The position numbers and the translations under genes are program-made. A stretch of DNA of 64,000 nucleotides, from IMG/VR virus record IMGVR_UViG_3300043464_001630, positions 1 through 64,000 of that record, one strand, 5' to 3'. The notes under the pieces were generated by a model that saw nothing but the letters and a program-made list of their open reading frames with translations, was not told the DNA's origin and made no database searches. Shown here in pieces: positions 51,624-62,148 of the stretch (positions are counted from its first letter, which is position 1; each line of letters opens with the position of its first letter).

Positions 51624-52112
51624 GTGATTAAAATAGATATAGATAATAAAGTAATTTACGATTCTATATTAAAATCAAAAAGTATGGGAGAGTTGAAAGA
51701 TTCCATACGTAATGGAAAAGGTAACCTAATAGGATTTATAGGTGAATACTCTGTACAGTCTATATTAAAAGATTCAATAATATCCAACACATACGATTAT
51801 GATTTAATTTACAATGATAAAAAGTATGATATCAAATCAAAACAAACATCAGTAATTCCTTCTATGGATTATGAATGTAGTGTAGCTGATTATAATACGA
51901 GACAAAAATGCGATTATTATGTTTTTACTCGTGTTTTATGGAAAAAAGGAAGTATTCGCCCAGAATGTGTGTACATCATGGGATATTACGAAAAAGAAAA
52001 ATACTTCAAAGATGCAAGATTCTTGAAGAAAGGAGATATCGACGGTTCTAATGGATTTGTAGTGCGAGCCGATTGTTGGAATATGAAATATTCCGAATTA
52101 AACTCCTTTTAA
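51624..52112 (+). CDS. Putative PD-(D/E)XK nuclease-like phage protein
   Basis: GFIGE...YDYDL...YDIKSK. Confidence 0.4.
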   Translation: MIKIDIDNKVIYDSILKSKSMGELKDSIRNGKGNLIGFIGEYSVQSILKDSIISNTYDYDLIYNDKKYDIKSKQTSVIPSMDYECSVADYNTRQKCDYYVFTRVLWKKGSIRPECVYIMGYYEKEKYFKDARFLKKGDIDGSNGFVVRADCWNMKYSELNSF

Positions 52113-53275
52113 ATACCCGGAGTTGTACCGTAATACTGTGTACGGAAATAAACCACACCCCCATTAGTACCATTTGCACTAAGTTCTGATATATTTGTTA
52201 ATCCACGAAATGTCATTTCTTCTCCACTGAGCATCCCAAATCCAACACTTGGATTCATGGGATCAAAAATTTCTACGTTAGTTCTTGATCTTGCAACTAC
52301 TTCTGTGCATTCTTGAGATCCTAATACTGACGATAAATTTTGCATAGAACCATTACAAGTTAATTTAAAAGTTTTGCAAATGTTTCTATTGTAGAATGGC
52401 ATAACATTATTTATTAAATATAAAAATTTTTAATAAAACACTTTTTATTAATTTCTGTAATATTTGATAAATATGATTATATGAGTACTTCTAAACAAAG
52501 TCAAGGAAAAATTAAATATACTATGTGTTCTAATAAAACATGCTGTCCTGTGTTGTCTGAGACAGATGATAGTAATTTCACAATTACAGATGATTACAAC
52601 GGTAAAGTAATTTTAACAAAAGAAGAACTATTACTATTAAAGAACTTTCTTAAAGATAACTTAGAATAATAATTATTAAAAATGAATAAGAAAGATTTAT
52701 CAAATTTATCCAAGATTTATATTGAACAGGTAATAGAAGAAATCAATATAAATCCCGAAAGCGATTTCGGAGACAGAGAAGACGGTAAATTTGGTAGATA
52801 CAAAGGTAGACACTTTAAAAAGCCTCCGATTCCACAGTCTAGAAAAGATTACGTAGGATCTTCAGAAAGCGAAACTGATCTTTTTTCTGGCTCAGAGTAT
52901 CCAGAGATTTATGGAAACGAAGAGGAAGAAGACGAAGGAGTAGGTTTAAATACTTTATCTTCTATAGATTTAAATAAATTACAGAAAGACGAAAGAAGAG
53001 AATATATAACAAGATTAGCAATTTTGAGATCTGAAATAGATGAACTCAAAAACGAAAGCCAACAAATAGCGGCATTATCTGTTAATAGAAGTTTAATGGA
53101 TGAAATATTATTTAAATTAGTTTCTAATTTCGGAAAGGGTAATATGAGTCTAAAATACGTTGCTAATAACGGAGATCCTATTTTCTCCACAGACTCTGAG
53201 CATATTCAAGTTTCTATTCCTCTTGGTTCACGAACGAATCCAGAAGATGTGACCATTAAAAAAGTAAATATTTAA

Positions 53276-53587
53276 ATGATGGTATTTTATTGGATAAGCA
53301 GTATCGGATTTTGTTTAGTAGTTAAACACGGAAGTATATTAGAAAGTTTCCGTGAAAAGACTTCTGAGCTTTTTCCTTTTCTAAAAAAACTATACAAGTG
53401 TTGTTTATGTATGGGATTCTGGGTAGGAATGAGTATGATACCCTTTCTTTACGTTATCGAAGGATTTGGTATTGAACTCGTATGGTATCCTTTCTCCACT
53501 TCTGCTCTGTGTTGGATAGCCGATAGCGTGTTAAGTTTAATTCATTCCTTAACTATTTTAGTAGATAAGAAAATCGACGAAGAATAG
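53276..53587 (+). CDS. DUF1360-like membrane protein
   Basis: TM segments and LYKCCLCMGFWVG. Confidence 0.5.
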   Translation: MMVFYWISSIGFCLVVKHGSILESFREKTSELFPFLKKLYKCCLCMGFWVGMSMIPFLYVIEGFGIELVWYPFSTSALCWIADSVLSLIHSLTILVDKKIDEE

Positions 53588-54243
53588 AGAATTACTTTTT
53601 CTTCTTTTTCTCGACTTCTTCTGCGGAATTTGTTGACAAAAGATGATCAAGTAATTCTCCGAATTTATTTTTTGTTTCTTGATTGAACTTTCCGTTATCA
53701 ATTTCGTCTCTGAGAAACTCTATGAGTAAATTTTTCTTATCTTCGTTAGAAATTTCTTGATCTTTCGGAAACATTACTTTACTATCAAAGTTGTTGGGGC
53801 TGGTGTCGGTGGCACCTGTGGTTTTTCCGTGTCCCGGACCACTAAAAGAACCAGAAAATTGTGAAGAATTTTTAATATCTTCTACTGGGCTGTTATACTC
53901 TCTGAGTAATACTTTATCTCGATAAACATCTCCCAGATGATAGTTACTAATATTCATACGATTATTTAGCTAAATATCTCTATGAAGTTTGACGATATAG
54001 TAAAACAGATATTAGAAGATTATAATTATTCTTACAACTCTGGAAATTACCAAACAGGAACAGTACAAGCAAGTAGTAAAGAAGGTATCTTAAATACACT
54101 ACGACCATTTGATGGCTCGATGGGTGGAGCTAATCAACCAATTGGCCGTGGTATGTTTCCCCAGAAGAAAGATTACACGACCAAGAACAAGAACAAACTC
54201 AAGAAACTCGAAAGAAAACTAAAAAACAAAAATAAATAAGATT

Positions 54244-55608
54244 ATGGCTGACTGTGGAAATCATAACAACGAATACAGAACCCGTAGAGATTTCCTGAAT
54301 AATTTCGGATGGGGTATAGGAGGATTATCTTTAGCATCTATCTTGGGTGTAGATCCCGTAACTGCTGAAGCAGTTTCTCCTCTTGCCGCTAAAGCTTCAC
54401 ACTTTCCAGTTAAAGCAAAAGCAGTTATTCAACTATTTGCTTCTGGTGCTCCGTCTCATGTAGATACTTTTGATTATAAACCAGAACTTCAAAAGCGTGA
54501 TGGACAAAAAGGAGATTATGGTAATCTTCTCGCTTCTCCGTTCAACTTTCCCCAGTTTGGAAAATCTGGTTTACATATATCTGAAGTTTGGTCGAAATTA
54601 GGCCAACATGCGGATAATATGGCAATCATAAATTCCATGCAAACAGACGTTCCTGATCATGGAATTGCTGCAAAAATGTTTAATACAGGTTCTACACAAC
54701 TTCCAAAACCAAGTCTGGGTAGTTGGTTAACCTATGGTTTAGGTTCCTTGAACCAAAACATGCCAGCTTTTATATCTTTAAACGGTGCGCCAGAATGGAG
54801 ACAGTGTGCATTCTTGCCGGGGATGTTTCAAGGCTGTAATGTGCAATACAGAACTGGTATGAGAGCAGAAGAGATTCTTTCTAATATCCGAAGTGAATTC
54901 TCTTCTTTAGATCGCCAAAGACGCCAAATTGACTTTTCTAAGTTTTTGAATTATGATCACATGAGTAAGTTGCAAAAAGATACGCAACTAGAAGCCAGAA
55001 TTGAATCTTTCGAAACCGCATTTAAAATGCAAACCGAAGCAACAGATGCTTTTGATGTCTCTAAAGAACCAGAGAACATTAAAGATCTATATGGTCGTAA
55101 CGAAGAAGGTAATAAAATGATAGTGGCTCGTCGTTTGGTTGAGCGTGGAGTACGTTTTGTACAGGTTAATGTGGGTGGCTATGATCATCATAGTGATATC
55201 AAAACCGCCATGACGAATACCACAATGCGTTACGACACAGCTTTTAGTGGATTACTAACTGATCTTAAACAACGAGGGTTGTTAGATTCTACACTAGTTA
55301 TTTGGGGTGGTGAATTTGGACGTACTGTGACCGCTGGAGGAGGTGCTGGTGCTCCGGGTCGTGATCATAATGGTAAAGCATTTTCAGTATGGATGGCAGG
55401 AGGAAACATTAAAGGCGGACAGCGTTACGGAGAAACCGACGAAACCGGCGGAAGATCGGTTAAAGATATTGTACATATTCATGATTTACATGCGACGATT
55501 CTTCATTTAATGGGATTTGATCACACGAAATTAACTTACAATTACAACGGAAGAGAGTTCCGTCTCACTGATAACTTCGGAAACGTTATAAAAGAACTTA
55601 TTAGTTAA
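54244..55608 (+). CDS. DUF1501 family protein (second copy, Tat-exported)
   Basis: TRRDFL; GAPSHVDTFDYKP, ARRLVERGVRFVQ, GEFGRT, GRDHN, DLHATILHLMGFDH. Confidence 0.92.
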   Translation: MADCGNHNNEYRTRRDFLNNFGWGIGGLSLASILGVDPVTAEAVSPLAAKASHFPVKAKAVIQLFASGAPSHVDTFDYKPELQKRDGQKGDYGNLLASPFNFPQFGKSGLHISEVWSKLGQHADNMAIINSMQTDVPDHGIAAKMFNTGSTQLPKPSLGSWLTYGLGSLNQNMPAFISLNGAPEWRQCAFLPGMFQGCNVQYRTGMRAEEILSNIRSEFSSLDRQRRQIDFSKFLNYDHMSKLQKDTQLEARIESFETAFKMQTEATDAFDVSKEPENIKDLYGRNEEGNKMIVARRLVERGVRFVQVNVGGYDHHSDIKTAMTNTTMRYDTAFSGLLTDLKQRGLLDSTLVIWGGEFGRTVTAGGGAGAPGRDHNGKAFSVWMAGGNIKGGQRYGETDETGGRSVKDIVHIHDLHATILHLMGFDHTKLTYNYNGREFRLTDNFGNVIKELIS

Positions 55609-56561
55609 GAGACAGATTCTTCTTGAACAGAGAGGAAACTGTGGTAGTATAGAGAAATGTCTCATAAACTTACCTGTGTAATTACAGGAAAAACAATAAC
55701 TGTAGGAAACGAATACTACGATAAAAAAGTAGCACAGTTTGGAACAGAGGATAAGTTCAACTCTTTGTATGTTTCTCGTCAAGTAAAAAGTCTACTTAAA
55801 CGTGGTTACAAGGTTAAAGAAATTAAGGATCTCCTAAAAGTAGACAGAGAAGATCTACCCGAAATTACTGATAAAACAGTAAAAGAGATTCTTAAAATTA
55901 ATGACGACGATGGATTTAATCCCGAATATATCAGTGTAAAAAAGTCAGATCCAGAAGTAGCTGAATATATTAGAAATATACGAGAGACGTTTTTAATATA
56001 AACATGCTAAACTCTTATTATGGATTTTTCGAAATTAATTCAAAAGATGTTAAAATCTAGATCTTATAAAGATTTAATATCCTCGTCATATTTAGAAGAT
56101 GTAATTCGTTCATTGAAAGAATACAGATTAGATGTAAATTTAAAAGATCCTATAATAGATGTCGATTACGAAGATCATCATTATAATTCAGTTTCTTACG
56201 AAAAGATAGTAAACACTTTTGAATATATTAATCAAGTGAATATAAATTCACAAGATTTAAATCTGTTTAAAAAAGAAAAAGACAACATTACTTATGACGT
56301 ATACGGGAACGATTCTTTAGTAAGAATGTATGTTATCTACGATAAAAATGGAATTATAGATTACTGGGAACCTATAACGGACGATGTTCTATTTTTAGAA
56401 TATCTTAAAGATACTGATTCCTTCAGAAAGAAGTTTAAGTCCGTAATTCCTGCTTATATAAAAGATCTCTATAACTGATCAAAAACTGTAACTATTTATC
56501 TTGCGGATTCATTTAAAAGGTGCTACATTGGCAACTCATTTTTATTATAAATATATAGGCT

Positions 56562-57533
56562 ATGATATTTGACGAACAAATTTCCCGTAAACCAAACCAT
56601 TATCCTTGGACAGATAAATTTATCGAAGCCATGCATAATGGTTTCTGGACAGACAAAGAATTTAATTTCAGTTCGGATATTCAAGACTTTAAGGTCAATC
56701 TTTCTGAAAAAGAAAAGGAGATTATTATTAGAACTCTTTCTGCTATCGGTCAAATAGAGATAGCAGTAAAGACATTCTGGGCTAAATTAGGCGAGAATTT
56801 ACCCCATCCTAGCCTCTCTGATCTAGGGTATGTAATGGCTAATGTTGAAGTTATACATAATAATGCCTACGAACGATTAATTTCTGTATTAGGATTAGAG
56901 AATGTATTCGAAGAGAATCTTAAATTAAGCTGGATTGAAGGAAGAGTTAAGTATCTTCGTAAATACACTCACCGCTTCTATAAAGATAGTAAGAAACAAT
57001 ATCTATATGCATTAATTCTTTTCACTTTGTTTGTAGAAAATGTGTCTCTTTTTAGCCAATTCTATATTATTAATTGGTTTGCAAGATACAAAAATGTATT
57101 AAAAGATACCGATCAACAAGTACGTTATACTCGTAATGAAGAAAATATTCATGCTTTAGTAGGTATTAGGATCGTTAATACTATTCGTGAAGAGTATCCA
57201 GAATTGTTTGATGAAGAACTTACGGATAAAATTGTAAAAGAAGCAAAAGAAGCATTTGAATCAGAATCAGCAATTATTGATTGGATGATTAATGGCATTC
57301 AAGAAGAAGGCTTAAATGCAATTACATTGAAGGAATTTGTTAAAGATAGAATTAATAATTCTATGGAACAAATAGGATTTCCTCAAGTCTTTGTTGTAGA
57401 CAAAAATATTTTATCTGCTACTATGTGGTTTCAGGAAGAATTATTGGGCAATAATATGACTGATTTTTTCAAGTCAAAACCAACGGAATACTCTAAAAAA
57501 TCACAATCATTCGACGAAGACGATTTATTTTAA
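56562..57533 (+). CDS. nrdB: Ribonucleotide reductase class I beta subunit
   Basis: EVIHNNAY, VENVSLFSQF, NEENIH, DFF. Confidence 0.93.
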   Translation: MIFDEQISRKPNHYPWTDKFIEAMHNGFWTDKEFNFSSDIQDFKVNLSEKEKEIIIRTLSAIGQIEIAVKTFWAKLGENLPHPSLSDLGYVMANVEVIHNNAYERLISVLGLENVFEENLKLSWIEGRVKYLRKYTHRFYKDSKKQYLYALILFTLFVENVSLFSQFYIINWFARYKNVLKDTDQQVRYTRNEENIHALVGIRIVNTIREEYPELFDEELTDKIVKEAKEAFESESAIIDWMINGIQEEGLNAITLKEFVKDRINNSMEQIGFPQVFVVDKNILSATMWFQEELLGNNMTDFFKSKPTEYSKKSQSFDEDDLF

Positions 57534-57536
57534 ATT

Positions 57537-59180
57537 ATGAGCAATATATATTGGCTAAACAAAGACTCTAGAACTTTCCTAGAGAGAGGGTATCTTCTTA
57601 AAGATGAAACTCCGGAACAACGCATTTTAGATATTGCTAATGCCGCTAAACAATATTTAGGCGAAGATTATTATAATAAATTTATTGAGTATATTTCTAA
57701 AGGCTATTACTCGTTAAGTAGTCCTCTGTGGAGTAATTACGGAAGAGAAAGAGGATTGCCTATTAGTTGTTTTGGATCATATATTCCAGATACTATGGAA
57801 GGTATTCTAGAAAAAGCTGCCGAAGTTGGAATGATGACTAAAGGTGGCGGTGGAACATCTGGATATTTTGGGGATGTTCGTGGAAGAGGAACTGCTATTT
57901 CTTCTGGAGGAGTTTCTACTGGAGCGGTCCATTTCATGGAAATTTACGATACCTTAATGAAGGTAGTTTCTCAGGGAAATGTACGTCGGGGATCGTTTGC
58001 TGCGTATCTTCCAATAGATCATACTGATATCGAAGAATTCTTGAAAATTAAATCAGAAGGAAATCCAATTCAGGATATTTCTATCGGAGTGACTGTATCT
58101 GATGAGTGGATGAAATCGATGTTAGAAGGAGACAAACAGAAAAGAAAAGTATGGGGTGATGTTATCAAAAAACGCTTTGAAAGTGGATATCCATATGTGT
58201 TCTTTTCTGATAATGCAAATAATAATGCTCCTCAAGTTTATAAAGATAAAGGAATGAAAATTCTACACAGTAACTTGTGTTCTGAAATCTTTCTTCCTAA
58301 CAAACAAGACGAATCTTTTGTTTGTAATTTAGCTTCTATGAATCTCGAACAATGGGATGAATGGAAGAATACCGATGCTGTTCAAGTAATGATACATTTT
58401 CTTGATGCTGTCATGACTGAATTTATCGATAAAACCGAAAATGATAAGTACATGCAAGCTCCTAGAAACTTTGCTATTAATCATAGAGCACTAGGATTGG
58501 GTGTATTAGGATGGCATTCTCTTCTTCAAAAGAAGAATATCGCATTCGAAAGTATGAATGCCAAATTTCTAAACGTAGAAGTATGGAAATTTATCAGATC
58601 CGAATCGGATAAGGCTACATGTGATTTGGCTGAAAAATTTGGCGAAGCTCCTTTATTAAAAGGATATGGACGTAGAAATACTACAACATTAGCCGTGGCT
58701 CCTACTACTTCTAGCTCATTTATTCTAGGACAAGTATCTCCTAGTATAGAACCACTTAATAGTAATTATTATGTTCGTGATTTGGCTAAAGGCAAATTTA
58801 CATACAGAAATCCTTATTTAAAATCTTTACTTAGTAGTAAAGATATGGATACTGAAGAAGTATGGAAAAGTATATTAATTCGCGGTGGGTCGGTTCAGCA
58901 CTTAGAATTCTTATCACAAGAAGAAAAGGATGTTTATAAGACTTTTAGTGAAATTAGTCAGAAAGAAATTGTCATTCAAGCCTCACAAAGGCAGAAATAC
59001 ATCGATCAAGGACAAAGTTTAAATTTCATGATTCCGCCGACTACAAAGCCAAAAGAAGTAAACGAACTTATGATTTTTGCTTGGGAAATGGGAATTAAGA
59101 GTTTATACTACCAACGTAGCGCAAACCCAGCCCAAGAGCTTGCCCGAAGTATTCTAAATTGTACAAATTGCGAAGCCTAA
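57537..59180 (+). CDS. nrdA: Ribonucleotide reductase class I alpha subunit (no ATP cone)
   Basis: PISCF, RRGS, SNLCSEI, APTTSSS, DQGQSLN, KSLYY, C-terminal CxxC. Confidence 0.95.
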   Translation: MSNIYWLNKDSRTFLERGYLLKDETPEQRILDIANAAKQYLGEDYYNKFIEYISKGYYSLSSPLWSNYGRERGLPISCFGSYIPDTMEGILEKAAEVGMMTKGGGGTSGYFGDVRGRGTAISSGGVSTGAVHFMEIYDTLMKVVSQGNVRRGSFAAYLPIDHTDIEEFLKIKSEGNPIQDISIGVTVSDEWMKSMLEGDKQKRKVWGDVIKKRFESGYPYVFFSDNANNNAPQVYKDKGMKILHSNLCSEIFLPNKQDESFVCNLASMNLEQWDEWKNTDAVQVMIHFLDAVMTEFIDKTENDKYMQAPRNFAINHRALGLGVLGWHSLLQKKNIAFESMNAKFLNVEVWKFIRSESDKATCDLAEKFGEAPLLKGYGRRNTTTLAVAPTTSSSFILGQVSPSIEPLNSNYYVRDLAKGKFTYRNPYLKSLLSSKDMDTEEVWKSILIRGGSVQHLEFLSQEEKDVYKTFSEISQKEIVIQASQRQKYIDQGQSLNFMIPPTTKPKEVNELMIFAWEMGIKSLYYQRSANPAQELARSILNCTNCEA

Positions 59181-59637
59181 TATGATCCATACACACAAAC
59201 TAAAACGATTATCCGACGAAGAAATTGATATTCTTTTATTTTGCGTAAATGATGGGAATATCGAAACACCCAAGATAGATAGAACAAGTCTATCTTGGGT
59301 TAGGATAGAATACGCATTTCGTATGTTAAACGAGTATGCGGCGAAAGTAGAAGGAGACAAACGCAATCATTTACAACAAATTGCTGATAAAATTACAAAT
59401 CCATGAGTAATATTTGGAAAATATGGTGCAGAACCATGGGAGGAAAGATATCAGAAGACGAAACAGAAGCTGATATCGCCGCCTATATACGAACGTTTTG
59501 GTGGTTCATGCATATAATTACTTGTTTCTTTATTATTGCCGGTGTCATAAGACACTGGTAACTATAAAGTCTCTCTAGAGAAGAGTTTAGGAAACCCCTA
59601 AACTCTTTTTTTGTATCCATTTTGGATAAATAATAAT

Positions 59638-59874
59638 ATGGGAAAATACAATTTATATTTCAGAATGGGTGCGTATGTATTTGTTACTACTGTAATAACA
59701 TTCGTAACTCTACTAGATACTATAGAGGGACGTAATTTTTCCGATATATCTAACTTAGAATGGGTAAAATTATGCTTAAAATCATTATTGCCCGGCTTTG
59801 TTTCTCTGAAAGCATTCTTAGATACCACTATTAATAGCGATAAAAAATCAGAATCTGAAGTATTACAAGGATAG
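59638..59874 (+). CDS. Small 2-TM membrane protein (holin-like)
   Basis: Two hydrophobic segments; TAAATA before ATG 59638. Confidence 0.4.
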   Translation: MGKYNLYFRMGAYVFVTTVITFVTLLDTIEGRNFSDISNLEWVKLCLKSLLPGFVSLKAFLDTTINSDKKSESEVLQG

Positions 59875-59879
59875 CGGAT

Positions 59880-60443
59880 ATGAAAATAAATTTGGAATTT
59901 TTAGAATCCCATTTGGGTACTGTGTATACCATTTTAGCTATTATTGGTATATTGTATGGTTTTTATAGATTTGTCGTAAAAACATTCAAAAAAACTGATT
60001 CTTATAATTTAATCAAATTATTAAACGAAACCCCCGGAATGATACTTGAAATCAAAGAGGGACAGAAAGAAATTTACAACGAAATCAAACTTCAAGGAAA
60101 AGTAGTCAATACCATACTAGACACATTAGAATTAGCACAATTTGTTTGTGATTCGGAAGGTAAATGTATAAAAGTTAATAGCAAATGGATATCCCTCACT
60201 GGATTATCCGAAGAAGAAGCACATGGGCATAATTGGTTATTATCTGTACACATAGAAGATCGTCAAGAAGTACAGAAGAAATGGCATAATATGATTGCAT
60301 ACAATACTCCATTTGAGGAAATATTTCGTTATCATCATCGTGTTACTGGTTTAATAACAAATGTTAAGTGTACTGCTACTGATGTAACAGATGAAAATGA
60401 AAACCGAATTTTCATACTTGGACTTTCTCGTGTTTTGATCTAA
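59880..60443 (+). CDS. Membrane-anchored PAS domain protein
   Basis: N-terminal TM; CDSEGKCIKVNSKWISLTG....AHGHNWLLSVHIEDR. Confidence 0.8.
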   Translation: MKINLEFLESHLGTVYTILAIIGILYGFYRFVVKTFKKTDSYNLIKLLNETPGMILEIKEGQKEIYNEIKLQGKVVNTILDTLELAQFVCDSEGKCIKVNSKWISLTGLSEEEAHGHNWLLSVHIEDRQEVQKKWHNMIAYNTPFEEIFRYHHRVTGLITNVKCTATDVTDENENRIFILGLSRVLI

Positions 60444-60451
60444 ATAATTAC

Positions 60452-61084
60452 ATGAGAAAATACTGGGGGTCGGAGGAAAACGAGGAAGAATCTTTAAGAG
60501 AATTACCACAATCGTTACCGACTTCGGATCTATTGCTTCCTGCTGGATCTATCAAAGTATTAGATAATAGTATACAATTCTATGCAGAAATCTCTGGTTC
60601 TACTTGTAGCGAACTGAATCGTTTACTCAGAGAACTAGATACCCGAATGCAACATGCTAAGATCACTATGAACGACAGTTCTTTTGATCCAGTAATTCAT
60701 TTAAGAATGCACAGTTACGGAGGAGATGTATTGGCTGGATTAGCATCAGTAGATACAATCAGAAGCCTCAAGACAAAAGTATATACATACGTAGAGGGTG
60801 CTGCTGCAAGTGCCGCTACAATCATCAGTATTGCTGGTAAAAAGCGTCACATAGGAAAGAATAGCTTTATGCTTATTCATCAATTAAGTTCAGTCTGTGC
60901 TGGAACTTTTGAACGTTTAGAAGACGAACAAGAAAACAATCGTAGAATGATGAATACTATCAAATCTTTGTATAAAGAATACACAAAGATTCCTATGAAA
61001 GAATTAGATAATATTCTAAAGCGTGATATCTGGTTTGATGCCGCTACTTGCTTAAAGTACGGATTAGTGGATGAAGTGTTGTAA
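60452..61084 (+). CDS. ClpP-like protease
   Basis: SYGGDV, AASAAT, MLIHQ, DIWFDA...YGLVDEV. Confidence 0.85.
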   Translation: MRKYWGSEENEEESLRELPQSLPTSDLLLPAGSIKVLDNSIQFYAEISGSTCSELNRLLRELDTRMQHAKITMNDSSFDPVIHLRMHSYGGDVLAGLASVDTIRSLKTKVYTYVEGAAASAATIISIAGKKRHIGKNSFMLIHQLSSVCAGTFERLEDEQENNRRMMNTIKSLYKEYTKIPMKELDNILKRDIWFDAATCLKYGLVDEVL

Positions 61085-61123
61085 TTTTCTTTACAAATAT
61101 ATCGTAGCTGATATCATGTAAAA

Positions 61124-61948
61124 ATGATCTCAGCTAAAATCATTGCCGATTCAGTTTGTTCCGAAAGTACATCAAAGCGTATTACTTCTTTCGTATTAAC
61201 ATATCCACGATTCATTCATGCGGAACTGCTTACGCATCGAGCACTTACAAGGAATGCGGCGAGTTCCAGAGCAATCCCCGTCTCTAAATTCATTGAAGAT
61301 GTATTAACCGATCCAGCAATGCCTGTACATTGGGGAGCTAACCAAAAAGGAATGCAAGCCGATAATGAAGTAAGCGAAGAAGCCAAAACCAAAGCAATGA
61401 TGATTTGGAACTCCGCTAGAGACGCAGCAGTCGAACATGCAAAACAATTAAACGAACTTGGTTTACATAAACAAGTAGTTAATCGTATTATGGAACCGTT
61501 CTTTCATATTACTACTTTGTTAACTGCTACTGAATTCAAGAACTTCTTTAAGCTACGAGCACATAAAGCTGCTCAACCAGAAATTAGAGAATTAGCATAT
61601 AAAATGTTAGAGTTATACGAATCTAACAAACCAGTAGAGAAAGGAATTGGTGAATGGCATATTCCATTTGGAGACAAATATCTAGATGGTCTGAGTACTC
61701 GACAAAAGTTAAAGATCGCAACAGCAAGAGCAGCTAGAGTTTCTTATAAGAATTTTGATGGAGTAGTAGATTATGATAAAGATTACAGTCTACATGATGA
61801 TTTAGTAAAAGAAGGACATTGGAGTCCATTCGAACATTCTGCAATTTGTGATTTTGGTGTTCATGATAATTTTGATGGATGGCGTTCTTATAGAAATATT
61901 CTTTCTAAACAAAACTGGAGTGAAGAAGCATGGCAACAAATAAAGTAG
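61124..61948 (+). CDS. thyX: Flavin-dependent thymidylate synthase
   Basis: RFIHAELLTHR, NAASSRAIP, NFFKLR...AQPEIR, ARVSY, HWSPFEH. Confidence 0.88.
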   Translation: MISAKIIADSVCSESTSKRITSFVLTYPRFIHAELLTHRALTRNAASSRAIPVSKFIEDVLTDPAMPVHWGANQKGMQADNEVSEEAKTKAMMIWNSARDAAVEHAKQLNELGLHKQVVNRIMEPFFHITTLLTATEFKNFFKLRAHKAAQPEIRELAYKMLELYESNKPVEKGIGEWHIPFGDKYLDGLSTRQKLKIATARAARVSYKNFDGVVDYDKDYSLHDDLVKEGHWSPFEHSAICDFGVHDNFDGWRSYRNILSKQNWSEEAWQQIK

Positions 61949-62148
61949 TTCTTTCGTTCTATAAACAATACGAACCCGCAATGGTTCAAAGTTTGGGTAA
62001 TTCTTCACCTAAATTAGAATATTCATTTAATGAAGAATTAGGATTAAAAGTAATAAATGTACATGAAATGGGTCATGACGATTATTGCGAGTTCGAAATT
62101 GTTGATGAAAAGCTTTGGATGTTAGCAGTTGTTAAATATGGCTTCTAA
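61930..62148 (+). CDS. KYG-family small protein
   Basis: ends EIVDEKLWMLAVVKYGF. Confidence 0.6.
   Translation: MATNKVVLSFYKQYEPAMVQSLGNSSPKLEYSFNEELGLKVINVHEMGHDDYCEFEIVDEKLWMLAVVKYGF

Noticed and set aside
6782-62148. Diversity-generating retroelement behind the paralog families
   Set aside because: No reverse transcriptase and no TR/VR pair with adenine-specific differences seen in the window
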